A stretch of 53,328 nucleotides of DNA, filler included, from Stramenopiles sp. TOSAG23-2 (taxonomy: Eukaryota), in the NCBI GenBank assembly GCA_900128395.1. It is 3 parts of 3 records of this genome, joined end to end, with 100 filler letters (N's around TTAATTAATTAA, not from the genome) between each part and the next. Parts side by side here need not be neighbours in the genome. Positions count along the whole stretch, not along the records: positions 17,812 to 35,520 come from LT649631.1; positions 35,621 to 53,328 come from LT649632.1; 1 more part is not named here. One strand, written 5' to 3'. Of the stretch, positions 31,665-41,776 are shown piece by piece. How positions within the stretch are numbered: the first letter of the stretch is position 1; each line of letters opens with the position of its first letter. Under the pieces are notes generated by a model. The model was not told the DNA's origin, ran no database searches, and saw only the letters and a program-made list of their open reading frames with translations. A program made the position numbers and the translations under genes.

Positions 31665-34600
31665 TTAAATCTCAGACCACTTCTCTTCACAATTTTGGCA
31701 TTCTTTGCTAATGAGCCACTTAGGAGTATCCCACACCCCATATTTTTTTTTTGCAAGATCACACGCAACGCACTGGTCACCAAACTTCCATTCCGTACTT
31801 GAAATATCTGAATCTTTCAGCTCGCATGCCTCCCCACATGTGACACCTTTAAATTTCCGTGCTTGTGGCCCATAAATGTAACAGCTCGAATAAAATACAG
31901 GATCAGAAGGATCAGTAGTTGTTCTCCAAATTTCACCAACATTTTGTCTTGCTTGTCTTGGTGGCAAATATGTTTGGACACCATAGCATACCAATGCAAC
32001 CTTGCCTTGCTTCGCATACCTTTTTGCCCATGGCTTGAATTGTGATTCAACACACACTCCTGAATTGATAGGTGTCTTAGAAGCCTTCTCCATATCTACC
32101 ACGCTGGACCCTAAGCTGTCAAGCCATGGTATATTTACTACCGACTTTCGACACGCCAACCAAGCTGCTTGTGCGCGAGTTTCCGCAGCTTTCAAGCATT
32201 TACCTCTTCCATGATTTGGTTCGAATGCCATACATGTCGCAAGTTCTTCCGGGGTCAACTCCTTTGGTATGTTGTCACATATTGAAAAGTTATGAAACAT
32301 AGTAGCAGTCGTGGGTGGGTTAATTACCGGCACCACATTGACACCACTGCAAGACCAGTCCCTTGTCTTATGGAGTGACCCTTTAGATGTACATGCATTG
32401 AGACAAACTTTTACACCCGCAGGTTTATCAGCAGACCAGCATTTAGTTCTTGCCGGCCGATTTCTAGCAGCTTGTATATTTGGAGGATTTCCCATGTAGC
32501 TTTCAAATTGACAGTGGTCAATTCTTCGCCACCTTTTTAAACCTTCCTTACCCCATTTGTCTGTTGCTACTTCACCTGGGGCCAACACATTGACATCAAC
32601 ACAGTCACGGTACCCACGCCATACATAGTGCAAAATATGACGTCCTGCTCCTTTGTTTGCTGGTATCTTTAGTCGAACAGTGTCCCACTCATCGGGAAAG
32701 GATTGACCATGTTTAAATCGATAAACACCTTCAAGCCATGGATATTTGTCACTTTGGTAAGATGTGAAAACATCTTTAGCGCGAAGTGCTTTTGTGTATT
32801 TAAATTGTTTCAAGGCACCAGTGCAATATTTTCTAAAAAATGCACCTGGTCTTCGAATGTATTCAGGATCTTCTGCTGTGAGCTCTTTTTGCCACCCACC
32901 ATATTGCCCTAATTTCCCGCATCCAACATGAGTGCGCTCTGGTGCTGGCACCGTTGCACCTTCTGGTGCTGCTGCAATGTATCTTTCAAACATGTTTTGT
33001 CCATGGAATAACAATTTTTTTTCATCCTCATGACGTATTATTGCAAAGTATGTGTACGTGCTCGAATGGCCTGACATGAATTCAACTTCAAACTCTTGAT
33101 TGGGACCAACCTGCATATGAGCTGGCCTTGACAATTCTGCTGGTGGGCACGGGGTAGTTGTACTTGTCTTGCTTGCACGGGAGGATGGATTGTGTAACCA
33201 ATTGTGGGCATTGCAGCAACGTGGGCCTTGGGCAAGCACGGAGATGAAAACGAAGCAAATCGTTAGTGGTGTTGTGTGAAGTTTATTTCTGGGGCCTCTT
33301 TTCTTTCCACGGGATGGGGGAGGAGCAAGTGCCACCGAAGGTCGAGCTTCTTTCTGATTTTTCTGTTGCCCTTGATACATGTATGCAACGCTACCACCAG
33401 CCAATTTCCAGTCCAACTGAATGACATGCGATCCATAATCTCTCTTTTCAATGACAGTGCCTGCGCCAAATATTGTGTCCACACGTTTGTTGATGCTGTT
33501 GGTCGGTAATCCCGTTGCCATTTCAGCCATTTCCAACACAATAGGATTCTGTCGAAACTCATCCACCGTAATCGCTACTGCTACATTACTGTTGTCACCA
33601 TTGCTACTGCTTCCAACGATTTTTTTTTTCTTAAAATTCAAGTACAGAGCAGCCGCGTCCTTTTTTTTCCTCCAATGCCTGTACACAACAGCCGCAAGTA
33701 CACCAGCCACAATCACTAAACACACGATCACTCCAACCACTAAGCCTATATCCGACTTGCTGGCTTCCTCGACATCGTTGGAAAAATCATCACTGCCTTT
33801 TTTTTCTTCAGCTACTATTATGTTTTGCTTCGGGGGACCTCCTTGCTCGGTACCGTTACTAATATCACTCGATTCGTCTTCGATTGGGACGTCAACGACA
33901 ATTGCATCGATTTCTTCCGCGCTGATGTTGACACTTGTAAATCCATTAAACAATGGTGATGGGCATTCTTTCGTATAGTCGACGTTGGTATTGTTGCAGG
34001 CACATAACCGCCCATCTTCATTACTTTTCGTGGAGCATTCAGATAAAATTGGACATTGCCCTGTTGGTTTTTTCCAGTAGCACCAACCATCGTCAGGATC
34101 AACCGTAAAAGTTGAGGTTGCCATGCATTGCCCACCACTTGTACTGGGCTTTTGTAGGAATGGTAATCGGCAAGTATAGAATTTATTGGCAGGTGCATAT
34201 TGCACCTCGGGTGATGTGCCTTTGGTGGCTAAGTCCAACATGGCATTTTCATCACACTCGCTACCAATGCTCATTCTTGCACATGCTGCATTACAAGTCT
34301 CACCTTTGTGCGAAACGAACCATCTTTGTTTAGAGTCATCCTTATTATATCCATCTTCGGACAAAACAAGGTCTTCGGTGAGATTGACCCGGGCAGCATT
34401 GCCATTGTAACTAAATGTTCCAGGCCAGTAAAAGGCTCCACCTTGGGTAATTCCGTGCTTGACTAACACCCTCAGTGTGAGGGAACCGGATCCAATAACA
34501 GGAGCTTGCCACCTAATTTTTTCATGATAGTTTTTCATGTTGGCATCTGAGTGAATTATAGCTGCACCATCCTGGCACGTGTGAAATGCAGAGGCACCGC

Positions 34601-35063
34601 CGGAGACCCCGGACGGCACTGGAAAGAAACCAACCTTTTTTCCGTCGTCATTTTCCGCGTACATCAAGAGGCCCAAATACTTCATCCCAGGTTTGTCAAC
34701 AAAAACGGTGATTTCAATAATTTCACACGGCTTAAATGTGAGAGTTGGTTTTCTATTTGTAGTACCACCAACACCTTGAAGGTGGATGCGATAAGCATTG
34801 TTGCGTGTTGGTGGCGCCACTAAATCCATTCCTGGGGGACAGCAAGGTCCAAATCTCCCGTTATCTTTCAGTTTAGCCCAAGGAACCATCCATGCCTTTA
34901 CAGATTCTGGGCATTCATAATTACATAAAGTAGCAGTGGCGTCGTTGCAAGCAGCACCTTGGCCATTGGACCTGGCTTGGACAGAGACAGGAACGAGAAA
35001 TAGGAACACCAGGACAAGTGCAACAACTCTATGACACGCTTCCATAATTTCCATTACAATCAT
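31665..35063 (-). CDS. Polyprotein-like membrane protein: signal peptide, Reeler domain, Cys-rich module, TM, cytosolic tail, internal signal peptide, His-brace LPMO-fold domain, Cys-rich C-terminus
   Basis: Start ATG at 35063, 35054 or 35045. Reeler motifs (YLGLLMYA, KVGFF, IIHSDA, IRWQAP..GSG); TM IGLVVGVIVCLVIVAGVLAAVVY; CNA-HNWLHNPSSR; MSGH; GRHILHYVWRGYRDCVDV. Confidence 0.8.
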   Translation of the reverse strand: MIVMEIMEACHRVVALVLVFLFLVPVSVQARSNGQGAACNDATATLCNYECPESVKAWMVPWAKLKDNGRFGPCCPPGMDLVAPPTRNNAYRIHLQGVGGTTNRKPTLTFKPCEIIEITVFVDKPGMKYLGLLMYAENDDGKKVGFFPVPSGVSGGASAFHTCQDGAAIIHSDANMKNYHEKIRWQAPVIGSGSLTLRVLVKHGITQGGAFYWPGTFSYNGNAARVNLTEDLVLSEDGYNKDDSKQRWFVSHKGETCNAACARMSIGSECDENAMLDLATKGTSPEVQYAPANKFYTCRLPFLQKPSTSGGQCMATSTFTVDPDDGWCYWKKPTGQCPILSECSTKSNEDGRLCACNNTNVDYTKECPSPLFNGFTSVNISAEEIDAIVVDVPIEDESSDISNGTEQGGPPKQNIIVAEEKKGSDDFSNDVEEASKSDIGLVVGVIVCLVIVAGVLAAVVYRHWRKKKDAAALYLNFKKKKIVGSSSNGDNSNVAVAITVDEFRQNPIVLEMAEMATGLPTNSINKRVDTIFGAGTVIEKRDYGSHVIQLDWKLAGGSVAYMYQGQQKNQKEARPSVALAPPPSRGKKRGPRNKLHTTPLTICFVFISVLAQGPRCCNAHNWLHNPSSRASKTSTTTPCPPAELSRPAHMQVGPNQEFEVEFMSGHSSTYTYFAIIRHEDEKKLLFHGQNMFERYIAAAPEGATVPAPERTHVGCGKLGQYGGWQKELTAEDPEYIRRPGAFFRKYCTGALKQFKYTKALRAKDVFTSYQSDKYPWLEGVYRFKHGQSFPDEWDTVRLKIPANKGAGRHILHYVWRGYRDCVDVNVLAPGEVATDKWGKEGLKRWRRIDHCQFESYMGNPPNIQAARNRPARTKCWSADKPAGVKVCLNACTSKGSLHKTRDWSCSGVNVVPVINPPTTATMFHNFSICDNIPKELTPEELATCMAFEPNHGRGKCLKAAETRAQAAWLACRKSVVNIPWLDSLGSSVVDMEKASKTPINSGVCVESQFKPWAKRYAKQGKVALVCYGVQTYLPPRQARQNVGEIWRTTTDPSDPVFYSSCYIYGPQARKFKGVTCGEACELKDSDISSTEWKFGDQCVACDLAKKKYGVWDTPKWLISKECQNCEEKWSEI

Positions 35064-35520
35064 AGCAGAATCTAAATATACGCTTCGCTCAGAAATCAAC
35101 GTCAAAAAGTATTAAAGTTCAACTACATTAATTAAAAAAATAATATAATAGTAATAATAATAATCCAAAAAAAAAAAAGATATTATTATTGAGTTTCTTC
35201 TTGTTCTACTTTTTTTTAAAGAAATGGAATTTTGTTTTTTAATCATACGTAATACAACACCAGCAAGGTTGTACGGAATTCCATATACGTCATTTAAAAT
35301 TCAAAAGATATAATACAATTAAAAGTGAAATAAGGGCAACAAGGGTTAGCCACATTTTGGTCACAACATTTTTGCATTTTTGCAGACGACTGCAGTTTTT
35401 TCTCTGGACACCAGAGATTTTCCTTGCCAGTACCAAAAAATGTACACTTAATACAATAACAAAATAACACTATTCACTATGGGAAATATGTAAATATCGT
35501 TTTCTAAAATACCAATTTTA

Positions 35521-35620
35521 NNNNNNNNNNNNNNNNNNNNNNNNNNNNNNNNNNNNNNNNNNNNTTAATTAATTAANNNNNNNNNNNNNNNNNNNNNNNN
35601 NNNNNNNNNNNNNNNNNNNN
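35521..35620. other. Artificial 100-nt contig spacer
   Basis: N44 + TTAATTAATTAA + N44, same as 17712-17811. Confidence 0.98.
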
Positions 35621-35675
35621 AATTAATGTTCAGCAAGGAATACTTGCATTTCTTCTAATGATTTCTTAGCATCAC
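35621..35675 (-). repeat. Inverted 55-bp copy of the NNT 3' end (38582-38636)
   Basis: Exact reverse complement by eye; joins the NNT coding frame at CATCAC. Confidence 0.9.
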
Positions 35676-38634
35676 GCCAACCAATGTGGCACAATTGACC
35701 AAAGCAGGTGCAACCGTTTCAGTTGAAAAAGGTGCTGGTATTAATAGTGGTTTCAGTGATGCTTTATTTGAAGAGCAAGGTGCAAAAATTGTATCTGGTG
35801 ATGAAGTATGGAAACAAGATGTTGTTTTAAAGATGAGAACACCAACTCCAGAAATGATTGCCAAATTGGAAAACCGCACGTTAATCAATCAACTTGGTGC
35901 TCGTTTCAACCCAGAGTTGGTTGATCAATTGGCAGCACAAGGTGCAACATGTTTTGATCTTAGTATGCTTTTGCGTACGTTAAGTCGTGGGCAAACGTTT
36001 GATGTTATTAGTTCCCAAGCCAATATGGCTGGTTACAGAGCTGTTGTTGAAGCTGGTAATATTTTGCAACGTCCATTTGCTGGTCAAATGACGGCAGCTG
36101 GAAAAATCCCGCCAACTCGTGTGATGGTAGTTGGTGCTGGTGTTGCTGGTCTAGCAGCAATCCAAACTGCGAAAAATTTAGGTGCTATTGTAACTTCCTT
36201 CGATGTTCGTGCTGCTGCAGCAGAACAAGTTGAAAGTATGGGTGCACAATTTTTAAAAGTAGAATTCGAGGAGGATGGTGCTGGTGCAGGTGGTTATGCA
36301 AAAGAAATGTCCCCAGAATGGTTTGAAGCTGCAGATAAAATGTTGTTAAAAGAAATGGAAAAAACAAATGTAATTATTACAACTGCTTTGATTCCAGGTC
36401 GTGCAGCACCTTTACTTATCAAAAAACATCATACAGATGCAATGCCACATGGTAGTGTAGTTGTTGATCTTGCAGCTGAAACTGGCGGTAATTGCGCTAT
36501 CACAGAAGCTGACAAAGTTATTGACGTGGATGGTGTAACTGCAATTGGTTACACAAACATGCCAAGTCGTTTGTCTACTACATCTAGTACCCTCTTTGGT
36601 AATAATGTCACCAAATACTTACTTAGTATGAGCAAAGATGATCAATATGTTGTAGATCTTGAAGGCGATGAAGCTGTACGTAGTATGTGTATTGTACACA
36701 ATGGTAAGAAATTGGAAGAATATGTACCACCACCACCAGAAGTCGATCCACAAGCAGAGGCAAAAGCAGCTGCAGCTGCAGAAGAGGAAGTCGAAGCAGA
36801 TCCAAAAACTGAGACGATGACAAGTGCAAGAAATTATGCAATTGGGGGTTCAGTCGCAACTGCACTTGGTGCTGGTGTACCAAACGCGCCAATGCTTTCG
36901 ACATTTGCCCTTTCTGTCTGGGTAGGTAGTGGCGCAGTACAAGGCGTTACACATGCTCTTCACTCTCCATTAATGAGTGTAACAAATGCAATTAGTGGTA
37001 CAACCATTATCGGTGGTATGCTTCAGCTTAGTGGCGGAATTGTACCTTACAGCGCTGCTGGATTTTTAGCAACGACTGCAGTTACATTATCAGCAGTCAA
37101 TCTTGCTGGTGGTTTCATGGTAACGGAGAAAATGCTTGATCTTTTCCGTCGTCCAGATGATCCACCTGAGTACTGGCATTATTATTACATGCCATTCGGT
37201 GTAATTGGAGGGGGATATGCATTGGCAAAACTTACTGGTACTGCATCTGCTAGTTTAACACCAACCGTTGCATTGATCTCCGGTTTAGGTTGTATTGGTG
37301 GTATTGCTGCATTGAGCAGTCAAGAAACTGCACGTGCAGGTGTCACGATTGGTAGTGGTGCAGTAGGACTTGGTGTCCTTGCAGCACTTGGTACTATGGA
37401 TTGCTCTGGTGCTGTATATGGACAATTAGCCCTTTTCTCTGCGTTGGGTTTAGGAGTTGGTCATCAAGTTGCAGCTAGAATTGAACCTACATCTTTACCA
37501 CAAGCTGTAGCAGGATTCCATTGTCTTGTTGGTATTGCAGCCACGTCTACTGCAGTGGGTGATTTCTTAACTCACGATATGTCGCATATGGATGGTTTCC
37601 ACAGTGCTGCTATTTATTTAGGTGCATGGATGGGTTCCATTACATTTACTGGTTCTGTCGTTGCAGCTGGTAAACTTGCTGAATATTTCGATACCTCCCC
37701 AATGCAATTGAGTGGACGTGATTACATCAATATGGGTCTAGGTAGTACTACAGCTCTTTCAATGCTTGCATTCATGGGTTCATCCAGTCCTAGCGTTGCA
37801 GGCGCTGCGCTTGGCTATGGTGTGCTTAGTAGTGGTTTGTTAGGTTGGCACATGACTGCCAGTATCGGTGGTGCTGATATGCCAGTTGTTGTTACTTTAT
37901 TGAATTCTTATTCCGGTTGGGCATTGTGCGCTGAAGGTTTCATCTTGGATCAACCTGTATTAACGATTGTTGGTGCATTAATTGGTTCATCAGGTGCTTT
38001 CCTTACCAAAATTATGTGTGACGGTATGAATCGGGATTTGACCGGTGTTATTGCTGGTGGTTTCGGTACAGAAGCTGGCGCAGTACAAACTGCTGAAGGT
38101 TTAGTTCATACGGAAGTTAATTCCGAAGGTGCTACACAAGCAATGCTTGATGCTCAAAAGATTATGATCACACCAGGATATGGTCTTGCTGTTGCACAAG
38201 CTCAGCAAGTTGTTGCACAAATTGCAGACAAATTAAAAAGTTTGGGCAAAGAAGTCACTTTTGGTGTACATCCAGTTGCTGGACGTATGCCTGGTCAATT
38301 GAATGTTCTTCTTGCAGAAGCTGGTGTTCCATATGATATTGTATACGAGATGGAAGAAGTTAATGAAGAGATGCCTGATACCCAAGTCGCTTTGGTTGTA
38401 GGTGCAAACGACACCGTAAATTGTCTTGCTGAAGATGATCCAAATTGCGCGATTGGTGGAATGCCAGTTATCCAAGTATGGAATGCTGAACAAGTTCTTT
38501 TCATGAAACGTAGTATGGCATCTGGTTATGCTGGTGTTGATAATCCAGTATTTTACAAAGACAATACTGATATGTGGTTGGGTGATGCTAAGAAATCATT
38601 AGAAGAAATGCAAGTATTCCTTGCTGAACATTAA
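35671..38634 (+). CDS. NNT: Mitochondrial-type NAD(P) transhydrogenase, fused alpha-beta, 5'-truncated
   Basis: ITPTNVAQL, ANMAGYRAV, GAGVAGL, GGYAKEMS, HALHSPLMSVTNAISG, GGADMPVV, HPVAGRMPGQLNVLLAEA, GYAGVDNP. Confidence 0.97.
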   Translation: MTPTNVAQLTKAGATVSVEKGAGINSGFSDALFEEQGAKIVSGDEVWKQDVVLKMRTPTPEMIAKLENRTLINQLGARFNPELVDQLAAQGATCFDLSMLLRTLSRGQTFDVISSQANMAGYRAVVEAGNILQRPFAGQMTAAGKIPPTRVMVVGAGVAGLAAIQTAKNLGAIVTSFDVRAAAAEQVESMGAQFLKVEFEEDGAGAGGYAKEMSPEWFEAADKMLLKEMEKTNVIITTALIPGRAAPLLIKKHHTDAMPHGSVVVDLAAETGGNCAITEADKVIDVDGVTAIGYTNMPSRLSTTSSTLFGNNVTKYLLSMSKDDQYVVDLEGDEAVRSMCIVHNGKKLEEYVPPPPEVDPQAEAKAAAAAEEEVEADPKTETMTSARNYAIGGSVATALGAGVPNAPMLSTFALSVWVGSGAVQGVTHALHSPLMSVTNAISGTTIIGGMLQLSGGIVPYSAAGFLATTAVTLSAVNLAGGFMVTEKMLDLFRRPDDPPEYWHYYYMPFGVIGGGYALAKLTGTASASLTPTVALISGLGCIGGIAALSSQETARAGVTIGSGAVGLGVLAALGTMDCSGAVYGQLALFSALGLGVGHQVAARIEPTSLPQAVAGFHCLVGIAATSTAVGDFLTHDMSHMDGFHSAAIYLGAWMGSITFTGSVVAAGKLAEYFDTSPMQLSGRDYINMGLGSTTALSMLAFMGSSSPSVAGAALGYGVLSSGLLGWHMTASIGGADMPVVVTLLNSYSGWALCAEGFILDQPVLTIVGALIGSSGAFLTKIMCDGMNRDLTGVIAGGFGTEAGAVQTAEGLVHTEVNSEGATQAMLDAQKIMITPGYGLAVAQAQQVVAQIADKLKSLGKEVTFGVHPVAGRMPGQLNVLLAEAGVPYDIVYEMEEVNEEMPDTQVALVVGANDTVNCLAEDDPNCAIGGMPVIQVWNAEQVLFMKRSMASGYAGVDNPVFYKDNTDMWLGDAKKSLEEMQVFLAEH

Positions 38635-38745
38635 TTTTATCGTTTGAAGAAAATCTAGAAAAAGTGATGCTAAGAAATCATTAGAAGAAATGCAAGTATT
38701 CCTTGCTGAACATTAATTTTATCGTTTGAAGAAAATCTAGAAAAA
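38582..38745 (+). repeat. Perfect 82-bp tandem duplication spanning the NNT stop codon
   Basis: 38582-38663 repeated at 38664-38745. Confidence 0.9.
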
Positions 38746-39162
38746 ATAAAAAATAGTCTAGGAGTGAATATGATAAAATACAATATATATATATATGAGA
38801 TTTTAGAGAGGAAGACAGGAGGGACATAAACGTAAAAAATGAAAAACTACCAAAATAAATTATAGGAACACGTAAAGATACACGAGAGAGGGTGTTTATA
38901 TACGAGTAAAAATTAATGTAAAATGTGTGTGTGTGTACATTTTATTGGGAACGACAGTTGTATAAAATTTATGATAACACTGCATATACTACACAAATTA
39001 TATGATATGATATGATATGTACGTATGATATTATAGTTTTAAAATTATGCATATTTTATAACACTTATTTTTTAAATTTACTTCAAATGAGATGCATATT
39101 ACGTACGTAATATAATATACTTCGTATTATATATTTTATATGCGTTCCGTAATTACCGCACC

Positions 39163-40716
39163 TTATTTAATTTTATTCATGTTGTCTTTTCTTTCTTCAA
39201 ATAACGAAGTCCAATCTCTTGGTTGAATACCCAGACGTGAAAGAGCAACACAAAATTCTTCAAAATTAATCACGCCACTTTTATCAGCATCAAACTCTTC
39301 GAATAAGTTACGCACAGCTTCTTGATCCAGTTTTTTCCACCCTACCATTTTTGCTGGATTGAAGCTATCAACTCGAGATAATCCAGATGGTATTCCAGCC
39401 ATACGTTTACCAACAATATCTACAAATCCTTCCGTTGTTAATCCTGTAGGACCACATAAATCTCTAGTACCTTCATCGTTTACCATACATTGATGAATTG
39501 TATCGCGCAACTTCGAGGTAAACTGAGTAATTTTCTCCGCTTCTGTTTTGTCATCGCTTAATGCAGCACTGTGGTTCATAGCCCCTATCAACGCCTCAAC
39601 AAGGCCTAATGGATTTAAACTAGTCTCTCTACCTTCTTTATGATCTTCCCACATATCTGCTACCGTACCATGCGAGGCTTCAAACTCTTGAATCATCACC
39701 CCGTCTTCTCTTTTGCCAATTAAATTTGATGTAATGAATCCTGGACTACGATGGACTTGCGCAACTTCGTCTGTTAACATATCACCATCATAATTATGTG
39801 CAGCCATACCAAATCCACCATCAGTCCATCTGATAATTTGCATAGTTGCCGCATCGGATATTAAATGCTGTAAATCGTTTCCACAAACATCTAATAAACC
39901 TTTTTTATTAAAATCATCTTTATAATGTGCATCAAATACATCTTTCATCCTCGTCCAAAATCCTTCTTGCCATTTAAACACAGTTTTTTTAGTTACAACA
40001 TATGGAGTCACGTCAGCTTCCAAACATCTCTTAAAGAAATGATGAGCGAGATCAGTTACATTGTCTAATGGATTATGATACGTCACAACAGCATTGCAAT
40101 CGTCTACCAGCTCCCTTTCATCCACTACAAGTTCATCACCACCATCTTTTGGTGTAAATACAGTTTTTAACGTACCGGCAGGCACTTCTTTCCAGCCTGC
40201 TTGATATTCACCACCAATAGCATGTCGTTCAAATAAAACAGGCTTTTTAAAACCAAGTTCCATATTTTTAATGTGTATGGTATCTCTTGATATAGTAATA
40301 CCGTTCCAACCACGACGCATGGCACCATTTGGGCTTCCTAACACATTTTTTATACCCCATTCTTTTCGCTGATCTGCACTTGGAGTGACAGTTGGCTCTT
40401 TAAATATAGCACCTAATTTTTTACCGGCAGCTACAGCATCATACAATTCTTGATCATTTGTTTCATCTCTTACTTTACAACTCAAATCATAAAAATCCCA
40501 TTTTGATGTATCGATGTTCGGTTCTATCCACTTATCTAGAATAAGTTGCATGCAATATCGGGTCATCTCTTCCCCTTTGATGTACACCATAGGTGGTGCT
40601 ACAATTTTTTCTTTTGTAGCGAAAGTCCGTTTATTAATTGGTTGAAAATACGAAGCAGTATTATTACGAAATATTGATAATTTCATCATTTGCTTTTTAC
40701 TATGGTGAAGGAACAT
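39163..40716 (-). CDS. IDH: Type II homodimeric isocitrate dehydrogenase, predicted NAD+-specific, with presequence and C-terminal EF-hand
   Basis: GEEMT, KEPTVTP, SPNGAMR, NYDGDMLTD, EASHGTVADM, TSLNP, TRDL; EF-hand DADKSGVINFEEF. Confidence 0.92.
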   Translation of the reverse strand: MFLHHSKKQMMKLSIFRNNTASYFQPINKRTFATKEKIVAPPMVYIKGEEMTRYCMQLILDKWIEPNIDTSKWDFYDLSCKVRDETNDQELYDAVAAGKKLGAIFKEPTVTPSADQRKEWGIKNVLGSPNGAMRRGWNGITISRDTIHIKNMELGFKKPVLFERHAIGGEYQAGWKEVPAGTLKTVFTPKDGGDELVVDERELVDDCNAVVTYHNPLDNVTDLAHHFFKRCLEADVTPYVVTKKTVFKWQEGFWTRMKDVFDAHYKDDFNKKGLLDVCGNDLQHLISDAATMQIIRWTDGGFGMAAHNYDGDMLTDEVAQVHRSPGFITSNLIGKREDGVMIQEFEASHGTVADMWEDHKEGRETSLNPLGLVEALIGAMNHSAALSDDKTEAEKITQFTSKLRDTIHQCMVNDEGTRDLCGPTGLTTEGFVDIVGKRMAGIPSGLSRVDSFNPAKMVGWKKLDQEAVRNLFEEFDADKSGVINFEEFCVALSRLGIQPRDWTSLFEERKDNMNKIK

Positions 40717-40767
40717 TATGTATTATTATTGGTTGTTGTTGTATAATGATAATAATAAGAGAAGACA

Positions 40768-40799
<32 letters not shown>

Positions 40800-41113
40800 T
40801 CTGTATATATTCTGTAATCCTGGTAATGTATATATCTAATGAAGTTTAATGTTTTGATAAATGGCATAAGCAACGCATAAATCCAGTATCTTTTTTTTTT
40901 ATATATTACAAAGAAGTGCCAATCAACTGGCAAAGTGCCAAAACAACAACTGTGGCAGCAACACCACACACACAAAAAAAGATGCAAAAAAAAAAATAAT
41001 AAAATATTTGTTGATTTTTTTTAGATTTATTTTTTGGTATTACAATACCAGCGGGCCATCAGGTAAAAAATGTAAATCGATCGAAAATGAAGTGAGTATA
41101 TTTTTTAATATTC

Positions 41114-41153
41114 TAATTTCCCTTTCAAGTATAAATTATTAGTTATTTCATAG
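41114..41153 (+). repeat. Dispersed non-coding motif, copy on contig 3
   Basis: 27-nt identity with 28011-28037 plus a similar 3' extension. Confidence 0.8.
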
Positions 41154-41776
41154 CAATGTGTCCATTTGTCCATTGCCATTTGATTTATTGGTCTATGATC
41201 TGTGTGATGTAGGAGGTGTATTAAAAGTAATACAGTATATTTTATTATACTATCGTTTATCGGAATATCTCTCTCTGTGTCAAATATACATAAATTAGTA
41301 TACTAAATTAGTACTTAAATTAATGAAATTAAACCCGGATTTGAAATCTGAAATCCACTACTACCACCACTGGTGGTACGTTACAGAATAATAATCTAAA
41401 ACGATAAAAATAGCAATGGATAAAATTATTTGTCATATGCTTTTTGTATGTTATTATAAAGGCATGCACTAAAAAATAAAAAGGTGGTTGCTAATAGCAT
41501 CCTCATAGCACCATAAAAAAGTTGTTGTTTTTTTATTATGAGTTGAACTTTTTTATAAAATCCCTATTATTAGAGATATATATATCCTCAACAAAAATAA
41601 TTTTTTTACAAAGTAACATTAGTAAATGAAGTAAAACATCTTCGTTTATCTAGAGATTAATATAATAATACTATATATAATACTTGTTTCTTGATTTTAC
41701 AAATAAACAACTTTTTTGTTTTATAATATATATATATTTTTTTATATATACGTAAAATTGAATAAAAAGGAAAAAA

